64,000 bases of DNA from Lingula anatina (Eukaryota; Animalia; Brachiopoda): the NCBI GenBank assembly GCA_051362555.1, contig CM120642.1:12772001-12836000 (forward strand). Direction: 5' to 3'. The notes below the pieces were generated by a model. The model saw nothing but the letters and a program-made list of their open reading frames with translations, searched no databases and had not been told where the DNA came from. Positions 24,701-39,700 of this stretch are shown in pieces (position 1 is the stretch's first letter; each line of letters begins with the position of its first letter). The position numbers and the translations under genes are program-made.

Positions 24701-27700
24701 CGGACATGGACTTCACTCTTGGATCCAAACTAAGGTTAGTAAATTTTATTTTTTGGGGTGGTGGGATGGGTAAATTGAATAAATCTAATCTTGTTTTTCA
24801 TATCTTTTTACAGGACAAAGAAGATGACGAATGATCCGAACCGGACATGGACTTCACTCTTGGATCCAAGCTAAGGTTAGTAAATTTTATTTTTTTGATG
24901 TGGTGGATTGGGTAAATTGAATAAATCTAATCTTGTTTTTCATTTCTATTTACAGGACAAAGAAGATGACGAACGACCCCACCTGGACATGGACTTCACT
25001 CTTGGATCCAAGCTAAGGTTAGTAAATTTTATTTTTTTGGGGTGGTGGGATGGGTAAATTGAATAAATCTAATTTTGTTTTTCATTTCTTTTTACAGGAC
25101 AAAGAAGATGACGAGCGACCCCACCTGGACATGGACTTCATTCTTGGATCCAAGCTAAGGTTAGTAAATTTTATTTTTTTGGGGTGGTGGGATGGGTACG
25201 TTTAATAAATCTAATCTAGTTTTTCATTTCTTTTTACAGGACAAAGAAGATGACGAGCGACCCCATCCAGACATGGACTTCACTCTTGGATCCAAGCTAA
25301 GGTTAGTAAATTTTATTTTTTTGATGTGGTGGATTGGGTAAATTGAATAAATCTAATCTTGTTTTTCATTTCTATTTACAGGACAAAGAAGATGACGAGC
25401 GACCCCACCTGGACATGGACTTCACTCTTGGATCCAAGCTAAGGTTAGTAAATTTTATTTTTTTGGTGTGGTGGGATGGGTAAATTGAATAAATCTAATC
25501 TAGTTTTTCATTTCTTTTTACAGGACAAAGAAGATGACGAGTGACCCCAGCCAGACATGGACTTCACTCTTGGATCCAAGCTAAGGTTAGTAAATTTTAT
25601 TTTTTTGATGTGGTGGATTGGGTAAATTGAATAAATCTAATCTTGTTTTTCATTTATTTTTACAGGACAAAGAAGATGACGAGCGACCCCAACCGGACAT
25701 GGACTTCACTCTTGGATCCAAACTAAGGTTAGTAAATTTTATTTTTTTTGATGTGGTGGATTGGGTAAATTGAATAAATCTAATCTTGTTTTTCATTTCT
25801 ATTTACAGGACAAAGAAGATGACGAACGACCCCACCTGGACATGGACTTCACTCTTGGATCCAAGCTAAGGTTAGTAAATTTTATTTTTTTGGTGTGGTG
25901 GGATGGGTAAATTGAATAAATCTAATCTAGTTTTTCATTTCTTTTTACAGGACAAAGAAGATGACTAGTGACCCCAGCCAGACATGGACTTCACTCTTGG
26001 ATCCAAGCTAAGGTTAGTAAATTTTATTTTTTTGATGTGGTGGATTGGGTAAATTGAATAAATCTAATCTTGTTTTTCATTTATTTTTACAGGACAAAGA
26101 AGATGACGAGCGACCCCAACCGGACATGGACTTCACTCTTGGATCCAAACTAAGGTTAGTAAATTTTATTTTTTGGGGTGGTGGGATGGGTAAATTGAAT
26201 AAATCTAATCTTGTTTTTCATATCTTTTTACAGGACAAAGAAGATGACTAGTGACCCGAACCGGACATGGACTTCACTCTTGGATCCAAGCTAAGGTTAG
26301 TAAATTTTATTTTTTTGATGTGGTGGATTGGGTAAATTGAATAAATCTAATCTTGTTTTTCATTTATTTTTACAGGACAAAGAAGATGACGAGCGACCCC
26401 AACCGGACATGGACTTCACTCTTGGATCCAAAGTAAGGTTAGTAAATTTTATTTTTTTGATGTGGTGGATTGGGTAAATTGAATAAATCTAATCTTGTTT
26501 TTCATTTCTATTTACAGGACAAAGAAGATGACGAACGACCCCACCTGGACATGGACTTCACTCTTGGATCCAAGCTAAGGTTAGTAAATTTTATTTTTTT
26601 GGGGTGGTGGGATGGGTAAATTGAATAAATCTAATTTTGTTTTTCATTTCTTTTTACAGGACAAAGAAGATGACGAGCGACCCCACCTGGACATGGACTT
26701 CACTCTTGGATCCAAGCTAAGGTTAGTAAATTTTATTTTTTTGGTGTGGTGGGATGGGTAAATTGAATAAATCTAATCTAGTTTTTCATTTCTTTTTACA
26801 GGACAAAGAAGATGACGAGTGACCCCAGCCAGACATGGACTTCACTCTTGGATCCAAGCTAAGGTTAGTAAATTTTATTTTTTTGATGTGGTGGATTGGG
26901 TAAATTGAATAAATCTAATCTTGTTTTTCATTTATTTTTACAGGACAAAGAAGATGACGAGCGACCCCAACCGGACATGGACTTCACTCTTGGATCCAAA
27001 CTAAGGTTAGTAAATTTTATTTTTTGGGGTGGTGGGATGGGTAAATTGAATAAATCTAATCTTGTTTTTCATATCTTTTTACAGGACAAAGAAGATGACG
27101 AATGACCCGAACCGGACATGGACTTCACTCTTGGATCCAAGCTAAGGTTAGTAAATTTTATTTTTTTGATGTGGTGGATTGGGTAAATTGAATAAATCTA
27201 ATCTTGTTTTTCATTTATTTTTACAGGACAAAGAAGATGACGAGCGACCCCAACCGGACATGGACTTCACTCTTGGATCCAAAGTAAGGTTAGTAAATTT
27301 TATTTTTTTGATGTGGTGGATTGGGTAAATTGAATAAATCTAATCTTGTTTTTCATTTCTATTTACAGGACAAAGAAGATGACGAACGACCCCACCTGGA
27401 CATGGACTTCACTCTTGGATCCAAGCTAAGGTTAGTAAATTTTATTTTTTTGGGGTGGTGGGATGGGTAAATTGAATAAATCTAATTTTGTTTTTCATTT
27501 CTTTTTACAGGACAAAGAAGATGACGAGCGACCCCACCTGGACATGGACTTCACTCTTGGATCCAAGCTAAGGTTAGTAAATTTTATTTTTTTGGGGTGG
27601 TGGGATGGGTACTTTTAATAAATCTAATCTAGTTTTTCATTTCTTTTTACAGGACAAAGAAGATGACGAGCGACCCCATCCAGACATGGACTTCACTTTT

Positions 27701-30700
27701 GGATCCAAGCTAAGGTTAGTAAATTTTATTTTTTTGATGTGGTGGATTGGGTAGATTGAATAAATCTAATCTTGTTTTTCATTTCTATTTACAGGACAAA
27801 GAAGATGACGAGCGACCCCACCTGGACATGGACTTCACTCTTGGATCCAAGCTAAGGTAAGTAAATTAATTTTTTTGGTGTGGTGGGATGGGTAAATTGA
27901 ATAAATCTAATTTTGTTTTTCATTTCTTTTTACAGGACAAAGAAGATGACGAGCGACCCCACCTGGACATGGACTTCACTCTTGGATCCAAGCTAAGGTT
28001 AGTAAATTTTATTTTTTTGGGGTGGTGGGATGGGTACTTTTAATAAATCTAATCTAGTTTTTCATTTCTTTTTACAGGACAAAGAAGATGACGAGCGACC
28101 CCACCCAGACATGGACTTCACTCTTGGATCCTAGCTAAGGTTAGTAAATTTTATTTTTTTGGGGTGGTGGGATGGGTAAATTGAATAAATCTAATCTAGT
28201 TTTTCGTTTCTTTTTACAGGACAAAGAAGATGACGAGCGACCCCACCCAGACATTGACTTCACTCTTGGATCCAAGCTAAGGTTAGTAAATTTTATTTTT
28301 TTGGGGTGGTGGGATGGGTAAATTGAATAAATCTAATCTAGTTTTTCGTTTCTTTTTACAGGACAAAGAAGATGACGAGCGACCCCACCCAGACATCGAC
28401 TTCACTCTTGGATCCAAGCTATGGTTAGTAAATTTAATTTTTTTGGGGGTGTTGGGATGGGAAAATGAATAAACCTAATCTCTTTTTTCATTTCTTTTTA
28501 CAGGACAAAGAAGATGACGAACGACCCTAACCGGACAAGGACTTCACTCTTGGATCCAAGCTAAGGTTAGTAAATTTTATTTTTTTTGGGATGGTGGGAT
28601 GGGTAAATTGAATAAATCTAATATCATTTTTCATTTCTTTTTACAGGACAAAGAAGATGACGAGCGACCCCACCCAGACATCGACTTCACTCTTGGATCC
28701 AAGCTAAGGTAAGTAAATTAATTTTTTTGGTGTGGTGGGATGGGTAAATTGAATAAATCTAATTTTGTTTTTCATTTCTTTTTACAGGACAAAGAAGATG
28801 ACGAGCGACCCCACCTGGACATGGACTTCACTCTTGGATCCAAGCTAAGGTTAGTAAATTTTATTTTTTTGGGGTGGTGGGATGGGTACTTTTAATAAAT
28901 CTAATCTAGTTTTTCATTTCTTTTTACAGGACAAAGAAGATGACGAGCGACCCCATCCAGACATGGACTTCACTCTTGGATCCAAGCTAAGGTTAGTAAA
29001 TTTTATTTTTTTGATGTGGTGGATTGGGTAAATTGAATAAATCTAATCTTGTTTTTCATTTCTATTTACAGGACAAAGAAGATGACGAGCGACCCCACCT
29101 GGACATGGACTTCACTCTTGGATCCAAGCTAAGGTTAGTAAATTTTATTTTTTTGGTGTGGTGGGATGGGTAAATTGAATAAATCTAATCTAGTTTTTCA
29201 TTTCTTTTTACAGGACAAAGAAGATGACGAGTGACCCCAGCCAGACATGGACTTCACTCTTGGATCCAAGCTAAGGTTAGTAAATTTTATTTTTTTGATG
29301 TGGTGGATTGGGTAAATTGAATAAATCTAATCTTGTTTTTCATTTATTTTTACAGGACAAAGAAGATGACGAGCGACCCCAACCGGACATGGACTTCACT
29401 CTTGGATCCAAACTAAGGTTAGTAAATTTTATTTTTTTTGATGTGGTGGATTGGGTAAATTGAATAAATCTAATCTTGTTTTTCATTTCTATTTACAGGA
29501 CAAAGAAGATGACGAACGACCCCACCTGGACATGGACTTCACTCTTGGATCCAAGCTAAGGTTAGTAAATTTTATTTTTTTGGTGTGGTGGGATGGGTAA
29601 ATTGAATAAATCTAATCTAGTTTTTCATTTCTTTTTACAGGACAAAGAAGATGACTAGTGACCCCAGCCAGACATGGACTTCACTCTTGGATCCAAGCTA
29701 AGGTTAGTAAATTTTATTTTTTTGATGTGGTGGATTGGGTAAATTGAATAAATCTAATCTTGTTTTTCATTTATTTTTACAGGACAAAGAAGATGACGAG
29801 CGACCCCAACCGGACATGGACTTCACTCTTGGATCCAAACTAAGGTTAGTAAATTTTATTTTTTTGGGGTGGTGGGATGGGTAAATTGAATAAATCTAAT
29901 CTTGTTTTTCATATCTTTTTACAGGACAAAGAAGATGACTAGTGACCCGAACCGGACATGGACTTCACTCTTGGATCCAAGCTAAGGTTAGTAAATTTTA
30001 TTTTTTTGATGTGGTGGATTGGGTAAATTGAATAAATCTAATCTTGTTTTTCATTTATTTTTACAGGACAAAGAAGATGACGAGCGACCCCAACCGGACA
30101 TGGACTTCACTCTTGGATCCAAAGTAAGGTTAGTAAATTTTATTTTTTTGATGTGGTGGATTGGGTAAATTGAATAAATCTAATCTTGTTTTTCATTTCT
30201 ATTTACAGGACAAAGAAGATGACGAACGACCCCACCTGGACATGGACTTCACTCTTGGATCCAAGCTAAGGTTAGTAAATTTTATTTTTTTGGGGTGGTG
30301 GGATGGGTAAATTGAATAAATCTAATTTTGTTTTTCATTTCTTTTTACAGGACAAAGAAGATGACGAGCGACCCCACCTGGACATGGACTTCACTCTTGG
30401 ATCCAAGCTAAGGTTAGTAAATTTTATTTTTTTGGTGTGGTGGGATGGGTAAATTGAATAAATCTAATCTAGTTTTTCATTTCTTTTTACAGGACAAAGA
30501 AGATGACGAGTGACCCCAGCCAGACATGGACTTCACTCTTGGATCCAAGCTAAGGTTAGTAAATTTTATTTTTTTGATGTGGTGGATTGGGTAAATTGAA
30601 TAAATCTAATCTTGTTTTTCATTTATTTTTACAGGACAAAGAAGATGACGAGCGACCCCAACCGGACATGGACTTCACTCTTGGATCCAAACTAAGGTTA

Positions 30701-33700
30701 GTAAATTTTATTTTTTGGGGTGGTGGGATGGGTAAATTGAATAAATCTAATCTTGTTTTTCATATCTTTTTACAGGACAAAGAAGATGACGAATGACCCG
30801 AACCGGACATGGACTTCACTCTTGGATCCAAGCTAAGGTTAGTAAATTTTATTTTTTTGATGTGGTGGATTGGGTAAATTGAATAAATCTAATCTTGTTT
30901 TTCATTTATTTTTACAGGACAAAGAAGATGACGAGCGACCCCAACCGGACATGGACTTCACTCTTGGATCCAAAGTAAGGTTAGTAAATTTTATTTTTTT
31001 GATGTGGTGGATTGGGTAAATTGAATAAATCTAATCTTGTTTTTCATTTCTATTTACAGGACAAAGAAGATGACGAACGACCCCACCTGGACATGGACTT
31101 CACTCTTGGATCCAAGCTAAGGTTAGTAAATTTTATTTTTTTGGGGTGGTGGGATGGGTAAATTGAATAAATCTAATTTTGTTTTTCATTTCTTTTTACA
31201 GGACAAAGAAGATGACGAGCGACCCCACCTGGACATGGACTTCACTCTTGGATCCAAGCTAAGGTTAGTAAATTTTATTTTTTTGGGGTGGTGGGATGGG
31301 TACTTTTAATAAATCTAATCTAGTTTTTCATTTCTTTTTACAGGACAAAGAAGATGACGAGCGACCCCATCCAGACATGGACTTCACTTTTGGATCCAAG
31401 CTAAGGTTAGTAAATTTTATTTTTTTGATGTGGTGGATTGGGTAGATTGAATAAATCTAATCTTGTTTTTCATTTCTATTTACAGGACAAAGAAGATGAC
31501 GAGCGACCCCACCTGGACATGGACTTCACTCTTGGATCCAAGCTAAGGTAAGTAAATTAATTTTTTTGGTGTGGTGGGATGGGTAAATTGAATAAATCTA
31601 ATTTTGTTTTTCATTTCTTTTTACAGGACAAAGAAGATGACGAGCGACCCCACCTGGACATGGACTTCACTCTTGGATCCAAGCTAAGGTTAGTAAATTT
31701 TATTTTTTTGGGGTGGTGGGATGGGTACTTTTAATAAATCTAATCTAGTTTTTCATTTCTTTTTACAGGACAAAGAAGATGACGAGTGACCCCAGCCAGA
31801 CATGGACTTCACTCTTGGATCCAAGCTAAGGTTAGTAAATTTTATTTTTTTGATGTGGTGGATTGGGTAAATTGAATAAATCTAATCTTGTTTTTCATTT
31901 CTATTTACAGGACAAAGAAGATGACGAACGACCCCACCTGGACATGGACTTCACTCTTGGATCCAAGCTAAGGTTAGTAAATTTTATTTTTTTGGGGTGG
32001 TGGGATGGGTAAATTGAATAAATCTAATTTTGTTTTTCATTTCTTTTTACAGGACAAAGAAGATGACGAGCGACCCCACCTGGACATGGACTTCACTCTT
32101 GGATCCAAGCTAAGGTTAGTAAATTTTATTTTTTTGGGGTGGTGGGATGGGTACTTTTAATAAATCTAATCTAGTTTTTCATTTCTTTTTACAGGACAAA
32201 GAAGATGACGAGCGACCCCATCCAGACATGGACTTCACTCTTGGATCCAAGCTAAGGTTAGTAAATTTTATTTTTTTGATGTGGTGGATTGGGTAAATTG
32301 AATAAATCTAATCTTGTTTTTCATTTCTATTTACAGGACAAAGAAGATGACGAGCGACCCACCTGGACATGGACTTCACTCTTGGATCCAAGCTAAGGTT
32401 AGTAAATTTTATTTTTTTGGTGTGGTGGGATGGGTAAATTGAATAAATCTAATCTAGTTTTTCATTTCTTTTTACAGGACAAAGAAGATGACGAGTGACC
32501 CCAGCCAGACATGGACTTCACTCTTGGATCCAAGCTAAGGTTAGTAAATTTTATTTTTTTGATGTGGTGGATTGGGTAAATTGAATAAATCTAATCTTGT
32601 TTTTCATTTATTTTTACAGGACAAAGAAGATGACGAGCGACCCCAACCGGATATGGACTTCACTCTTGGATCCAAACTAAGGTTAGTAAATTTTATTTTT
32701 TTGATGTGGTGGATTGGGTAAATTGAATAAATCTAATCTTGTTTTTCATTTCTATTTACAGGACAAAGAAGATGACGAACGACCCCACCTGGACATGGAC
32801 TTCACTCTTGGATCCAAGCTAAGGTCAGTAAATTTTATTTTTTTGGGGTGGTGGGATGGGTAAATTGAATAAATCTAATCTAGTTTTTCATTTCTTTTTA
32901 CAGGACAAAGAAGATGACGAGCGACCCCACCCAGACATCGACTTCACTCTTGGATCCAAGCTATGGTTAGTAAATTTAATTTTTTTGGGGGTGTTGGGAT
33001 GGGAAAATGAATAAACCTAATCTCTTTTTTCATTTCTTTTTACAGGACAAAGAAGATGACGAACGACCCTAACCGGACAAGGACTTCACTCTTGGATCCA
33101 AGCTAAGGTTAGTAAATTTTATTTTTTTTGGGATGGTGGGATGGGTAAATTGAATAAATCTAATATCATTTTTCATTTCTTTTTACAGGACAAAGAAGAT
33201 GACGAGTGACCCCACCCAGACATCGACTTCACTCTTGGATCCAAGCTAAGGTTAGTAAATTTAATTTTTTTCGGGTGATGGGATGGGTAATTTGAATAAA
33301 TCTAATCTTGTTTTTCATTTCTAATTACAGGACAAAGAAGATGACGAGCGACCCCACCTGGACATGGACTTCACTCTTGGATCCAAGCTAAGGTTAGTAA
33401 ATTTTATTTTTTTGGGGTGGTGGGATGGGTAAATTGAATAAATCTTATATCTTTTTTCATTTCTTTTTACAGGACAAAGTAGATGACTAGCGACCCCAAC
33501 CAGACATGGACCTCACTATTGGATCCTAGCTAAGGTTAGTAAATTTTATTTTTTTGGGGTGGTGGGATGGGTAAATTGAATAAATCTAATCTAGTTTTTC
33601 GTTTCTTTTTACAGGACAAAGAAGATGACGAGAGACCCCACCCAGACATGGACTTCACTCTTGGATCCAAGCTAAGGTTAGTAAATTTTATTTTTTTGGT

Positions 33701-36700
33701 GTGGTGGGATGGGTAAATTGAATAAATCTAATCTCGTTTTTCATTTCTTTTTACAGGACAAAGAAGATGACGAGCGACCACAACCGGACATGGACTTCAC
33801 TCTTGGATCCAAGCTAAGGTTAATAAATTTTATTTTTTTGGGGTGGTGGGATGGGTAAATTGAATAAATCTAATCTAGTTTTTCGTTTCTTTTTACAGGA
33901 CAAAGAAGATGACAAGCGACACCACCCAGACATCGACTTCACTCTTGGATCCAAGGTGAGGTAAGTAAATTTATTTTTTTGGTGTGGTGGGATGGGTAAA
34001 TTGAATAAATCTAATATCTTTTTTCATTTCTTTTTACAGGACAAAGTAGATGACAAGCGACCCCAACCGGACATGGACTTCACTCTTGGATCCAAGCTAA
34101 GGTTAGTAAATTTTATTTTTTTGGGGTGGTGGGATGGGTAAATTGAATAAATCTAATATCTTTTTTCATTTCTTTTTACAGGACAAAGTAGATGACAAGC
34201 GACCCCAACCGGACATGGACCTCACTATTGGATCCAAGCTAAGGTTAGTAAATTTTATTTTTTTGGGGTGGTGGGATGGGTAAATTGAATAAATCTAATC
34301 TCGTTTTTCATTTCTTTTTACAGGACAAAGAAGATGACGAGCGACCCCACCCAGACATGGACTTCACTCTTGGATCCTAGCTAAGGTTAGTAAATTTTAT
34401 TTTTTTGGTGTGGTGGGATGGGTAAATTGAATAAATCTAATCTTGTTTTTCATTTCTAATTACAGGACAAAGAAGATGACGAGCGACCCCACCTGGACAT
34501 GGACTTCACTCTTGGATCCAAGCTAAGGTTAGTAAATTTTATTTTTTTGGGGTGGTGGGATGGGTACTTTTAATAAATCTAATCTAGTTTTTCATTTCTT
34601 TTTACAGGACAAAGAAGATGACGAGTGACCCCAGCCAGACATGGACTTCACTCTTGGATCCAAGCTAAGGTTAGTAAATTTTATTTTTTTGATGTGGTGG
34701 ATTGGGTAAATTGAATAAATCTAATCTTGTTTTTCATTTATTTTTACAGGACAAAGAAGATGACGAGCGACCCCAACCGGACATGGACTTCACTCTTGGA
34801 TCCAAACTAAGGTTAGTAAATTTTATTTTTTGGGGTGGTGGGATGGGTAAATTGAATAAATCTAATCTTGTTTTTCATATCTTTTTACAGGACAAAGAAG
34901 ATGACGAATGATCCGAACCGGACATGGACTTCACTCTTGGATCCAAGCTAAGGTTAGTAAATTTTATTTTTTTGATGTGGTGGATTGGGTAAATTGAATA
35001 AATCTAATCTTGTTTTTCATTTCTATTTACAGGACAAAGAAGATGACGAACGACCCCACCTGGACATGGACTTCACTCTTGGATCCAAGCTAAGGTTAGT
35101 AAATTTTATTTTTTTGGGGTGGTGGGATGGGTAAATTGAATAAATCTAATTTTGTTTTTCATTTCTTTTTACAGGACAAAGAAGATGACGAGCGACCCCA
35201 CCTGGACATGGACTTCATTCTTGGATCCAAGCTAAGGTTAGTAAATTTTATTTTTTTGGGGTGGTGGGATGGGTACGTTTAATAAATCTAATCTAGTTTT
35301 TCATTTCTTTTTACAGGACAAAGAAGATGACGAGCGACCCCATCCAGACATGGACTTCACTCTTGGATCCAAGCTAAGGTTAGTAAATTTTATTTTTTTG
35401 ATGTGGTGGATTGGGTAAATTGAATAAATCTAATCTTGTTTTTCATTTCTATTTACAGGACAAAGAAGATGACGAGCGACCCCACCTGGACATGGACTTC
35501 ACTCTTGGATCCAAGCTAAGGTTAGTAAATTTTATTTTTTTGGTGTGGTGGGATGGGTAAATTGAATAAATCTAATCTAGTTTTTCATTTCTTTTTACAG
35601 GACAAAGAAGATGACGAGTGACCCCAGCCAGACATGGACTTCACTCTTGGATCCAAGCTAAGGTTAGTAAATTTTATTTTTTTGATGTGGTGGATTGGGT
35701 AAATTGAATAAATCTAATCTTGTTTTTCATTTATTTTTACAGGACAAAGAAGATGACGAGCGACCCCAACCGGATATGGACTTCACTCTTGGATCCAAAC
35801 TAAGGTTAGTAAATTTTATTTTTTTGATGTGGTGGATTGGGTAAATTGAATAAATCTAATCTTGTTTTTCATTTCTATTTACAGGACAAAGAAGATGACG
35901 AACGACCCCACCTGGACATGGACTTCACTCTTGGATCCAAGCTAAGGTCAGTAAATTTTATTTTTTTGGGGTGGTGGGATGGGTAAATTGAATAAATCTA
36001 ATCTAGTTTTTCATTTCTTTTTACAGGACAAAGAAGATGACGAGTGACCCCAGCCAGACATGGACTTCACTCTTGGATCCAAGCTAAGGTCAGTAAATTT
36101 TATTTTTTTGATGTGGTGGATTGGGTAAATTGAATAAATCTAATCTTGTTTTTCATTTATTTTTACAGGACAAAGAAGATGACGAGCGACCCCAACCGGA
36201 CATGGATTTCACTCTTGGATCCAAGCTAAGGTTAGTGAATTTTATTTTTTTGGGGTGGTGGGATGGGTAAATTGAATAAATCTAATCTTGTTTTTCATTT
36301 CTACTGACAGGACAAAGAAGATGACGAGCGACCCCACCTGGACATGGACTTCACTCTTGGATCCAAGCTAAGGTTAGTAAATTTTATTTTTTTGGGGTGG
36401 TGGGATGGGTAAATTGAATAAATCTAATATCTTTTTTCATTTCTTTTTACAGGACAAAGTAGATGACAAGCGACCCCAACCGGACATGGACCTCACTATT
36501 GGATCCAAGCTAAGGTTAGTAAATTTTATTTTTTTGGGGTGGTGGGATGGGTAAATTGAATAAATCTTATATCTTTTTTCATTTCTTTTTACAGGACAAA
36601 GTAGATGACTAGCGACCCCAACCAGACATGGACCTCACTATTGGATCCTAGCTAAGGTTAGTAAATTTTATTTTTTTGGGGTGGTGGGATGGGTAAATTG

Positions 36701-39700
36701 AATAAATCTAATCTAGTTTTTCGTTTCTTTTTACAGGACAAAGAAGATGACGAGAAACCCCACCCAGACATGGACTTCACTCTTGGATCCAAGCTAAGGT
36801 TAGTAAATTTTATTTTTTTGGTGTGGTGGGATGGGTAAATTGAATAAATCTAATCTCGTTTTTCATTTCTTTTTACAGGACAAAGAAGATGACGAGCGAC
36901 CACAACCGGACATGGACTTCACTCTTGGATCCAAGCTAAGGTTAATAAATTTTATTTTTTTGGGGTGGTGGGATGGGTAAATTGAATAAATCTAATCTAG
37001 TTTTTCGTTTCTTTTTACAGGACAAAGAAGATGACAAGCGACACCACCCAGACATCGACTTCACTCTTGGATCCAAGGTGAGGTAAGTAAATTTATTTTT
37101 TTGGTGTGGTGGGATGGGTAAATTGAATAAATCTAATCTTGTTTTTCATTTCTACTGACAGGACAAAGAAGATGACGAGCGACCCCACCTGGACATGGAC
37201 TTCACTCTTGGATCCAAGCTAAGGTTAGTAAATTTTATTTTTTTGGGGTGGTGGGATGGGTAAATTGAATAAATCTAATATCTTTTTTCATTTCTTTTTA
37301 CAGGACAAAGTAGATGACAAGCGACCCCAACCGGACATGGACCTCACTATTGGATCCAAGCTAAGGTTAGTAAATTTTATTTTTTTGGGGTGGTGGGATG
37401 GGTAAATTGAATAAATCTAATCTCGTTTTTCATTTCTTTTTACAGGACAAAGAAGATGACGAGCGACCCCACCCAGATATGGACTTCACTCTTGGATCCT
37501 AGCTAAGGTTAGTAAATTTTATTTTTTTGGTGTGGTGGGATGGGTAAATTGAATAAATCTAATCTTGTTTTTCATTTCTAATTACAGGACAAAGAAGATG
37601 ACGAGCGACCCCACCTGGACATGGACTTCACTCTTGGATCCAAGCTAAGGTTAGTAAATTTTATTTTTTTGGGGTGGTGGGATGGGTACTTTTAATAAAT
37701 CTAATCTAGTTTTTCATTTCTTTTTACAGGACAAAGAAGATGACGAGTGACCCCAGCCAGACATGGACTTCACTCTTGGATCCAAGCTAAGGTTAGTAAA
37801 TTTTATTTTTTTGATGTGGTGGATTGGGTAAATTGAATAAATCTAATCTTGTTTTTCATTTATTTTTACAGGACAAAGAAGATGACGAGCGACCCCAACC
37901 GGACATGGACTTCACTCTTGGATCCAAACTAAGGTTAGTAAATTTTATTTTTTGGGGTGGTGGGATGGGTAAATTGAATAAATCTAATCTTGTTTTTCAT
38001 ATCTTTTTACAGGACAAAGAAGATGACGAATGATCCGAACCGGACATGGACTTCACTCTTGGATCCAAGCTAAGGTTAGTAAATTTTATTTTTTTGATGT
38101 GGTGGATTGGGTAAATTGAATAAATCTAATCTTGTTTTTCATTTCTATTTACAGGACAAAGAAGATGACGAACGACCCCACCTGGACATGGACTTCACTC
38201 TTGGATCCAAGCTAAGGTTAGTAAATTTTATTTTTTTGGGGTGGTGGGATGGGTAAATTGAATAAATCTAATTTTGTTTTTCATTTCTTTTTACAGGACA
38301 AAGAAGATGACGAGCGACCCCACCTGGACATGGACTTCATTCTTGGATCCAAGCTAAGGTTAGTAAATTTTATTTTTTTGGGGTGGTGGGATGGGTACGT
38401 TTAATAAATCTAATCTAGTTTTTCATTTCTTTTTACAGGACAAAGAAGATGACGAGCGACCCCATCCAGACATGGACTTCACTCTTGGATCCAAGCTAAG
38501 GTTAGTAAATTTTATTTTTTTGATGTGGTGGATTGGGTAAATTGAATAAATCTAATCTTGTTTTTCATTTCTATTTACAGGACAAAGAAGATGACGAACG
38601 ACCCCACCTGGACATGGACTTCACTCTTGGATCCAAACTAAGGTTAGTAAATTTTATTTTTTTGATGTGGTGGATTGGGTAAATTGAATAAATCTAATCT
38701 TGTTTTTCATTTCTATTTACAGGACAAAGAAGATGACGAACGACCCCACCTGGACATGGACTTCACTCTTGGATCCAAGCTAAGGTCAGTAAATTTTATT
38801 TTTTTGGGGTGGTGGGATGGGTAAATTGAATAAATCTAATCTAGTTTTTCATTTCTTTTTACAGGACAAAGAAGATGACGAGTGACCCCAGCCAGACATG
38901 GACTTCACTCTTGGATCCAAGCTAAGGTCAGTAAATTTTATTTTTTTGATGTGGTGGATTGGGTAAATTGAATAAATCTAATCTTGTTTTTCATTTATTT
39001 TTACAGGACAAAGAAGATGACGAGCGACCCCAACCGGACATGGATTTCACTCTTGGATCCAAGCTAAGGTTAGTGAATTTTATTTTTTTGGGGTGGTGGG
39101 ATGGGTAAATTGAATAAATCTAATCTTGTTTTTCATTTCTACTGACAGGACAAAGAAGATGACGAGCGACCCCACCTGGACATGGACTTCACTCTTGGAT
39201 CCAAGCTAAGGTTAGTAAATTTTATTTTTTTGGGGTGGTGGGATGGGTAAATTGAATAAATCTAATATCTTTTTTCATTTCTTTTTACAGGACAAAGTAG
39301 ATGACAAGCGACCCCAACCGGACATGGACCTCACTATTGGATCCAAGCTAAGGTTAGTAAATTTTATTTTTTTGGGGTGGTGGGATGGGTAAATTGAATA
39401 AATCTTATATCTTTTTTCATTTCTTTTTACAGGACAAAGTAGATGACTAGCGACCCCAACCAGACATGGACCTCACTATTGGATCCTAGCTAAGGTTAGT
39501 AAATTTTATTTTTTTGGGGTGGTGGGATGGGTAAATTGAATAAATCTAATCTAGTTTTTCGTTTCTTTTTACAGGACAAAGAAGATGACGAGAGACCCCA
39601 CCCAGACATGGACTTCACTCTTGGATCCAAGCTAAGGTTAGTAAATTTTATTTTTTTGGTGTGGTGGGATGGGTAAATTGAATAAATCTAATCTCGTTTT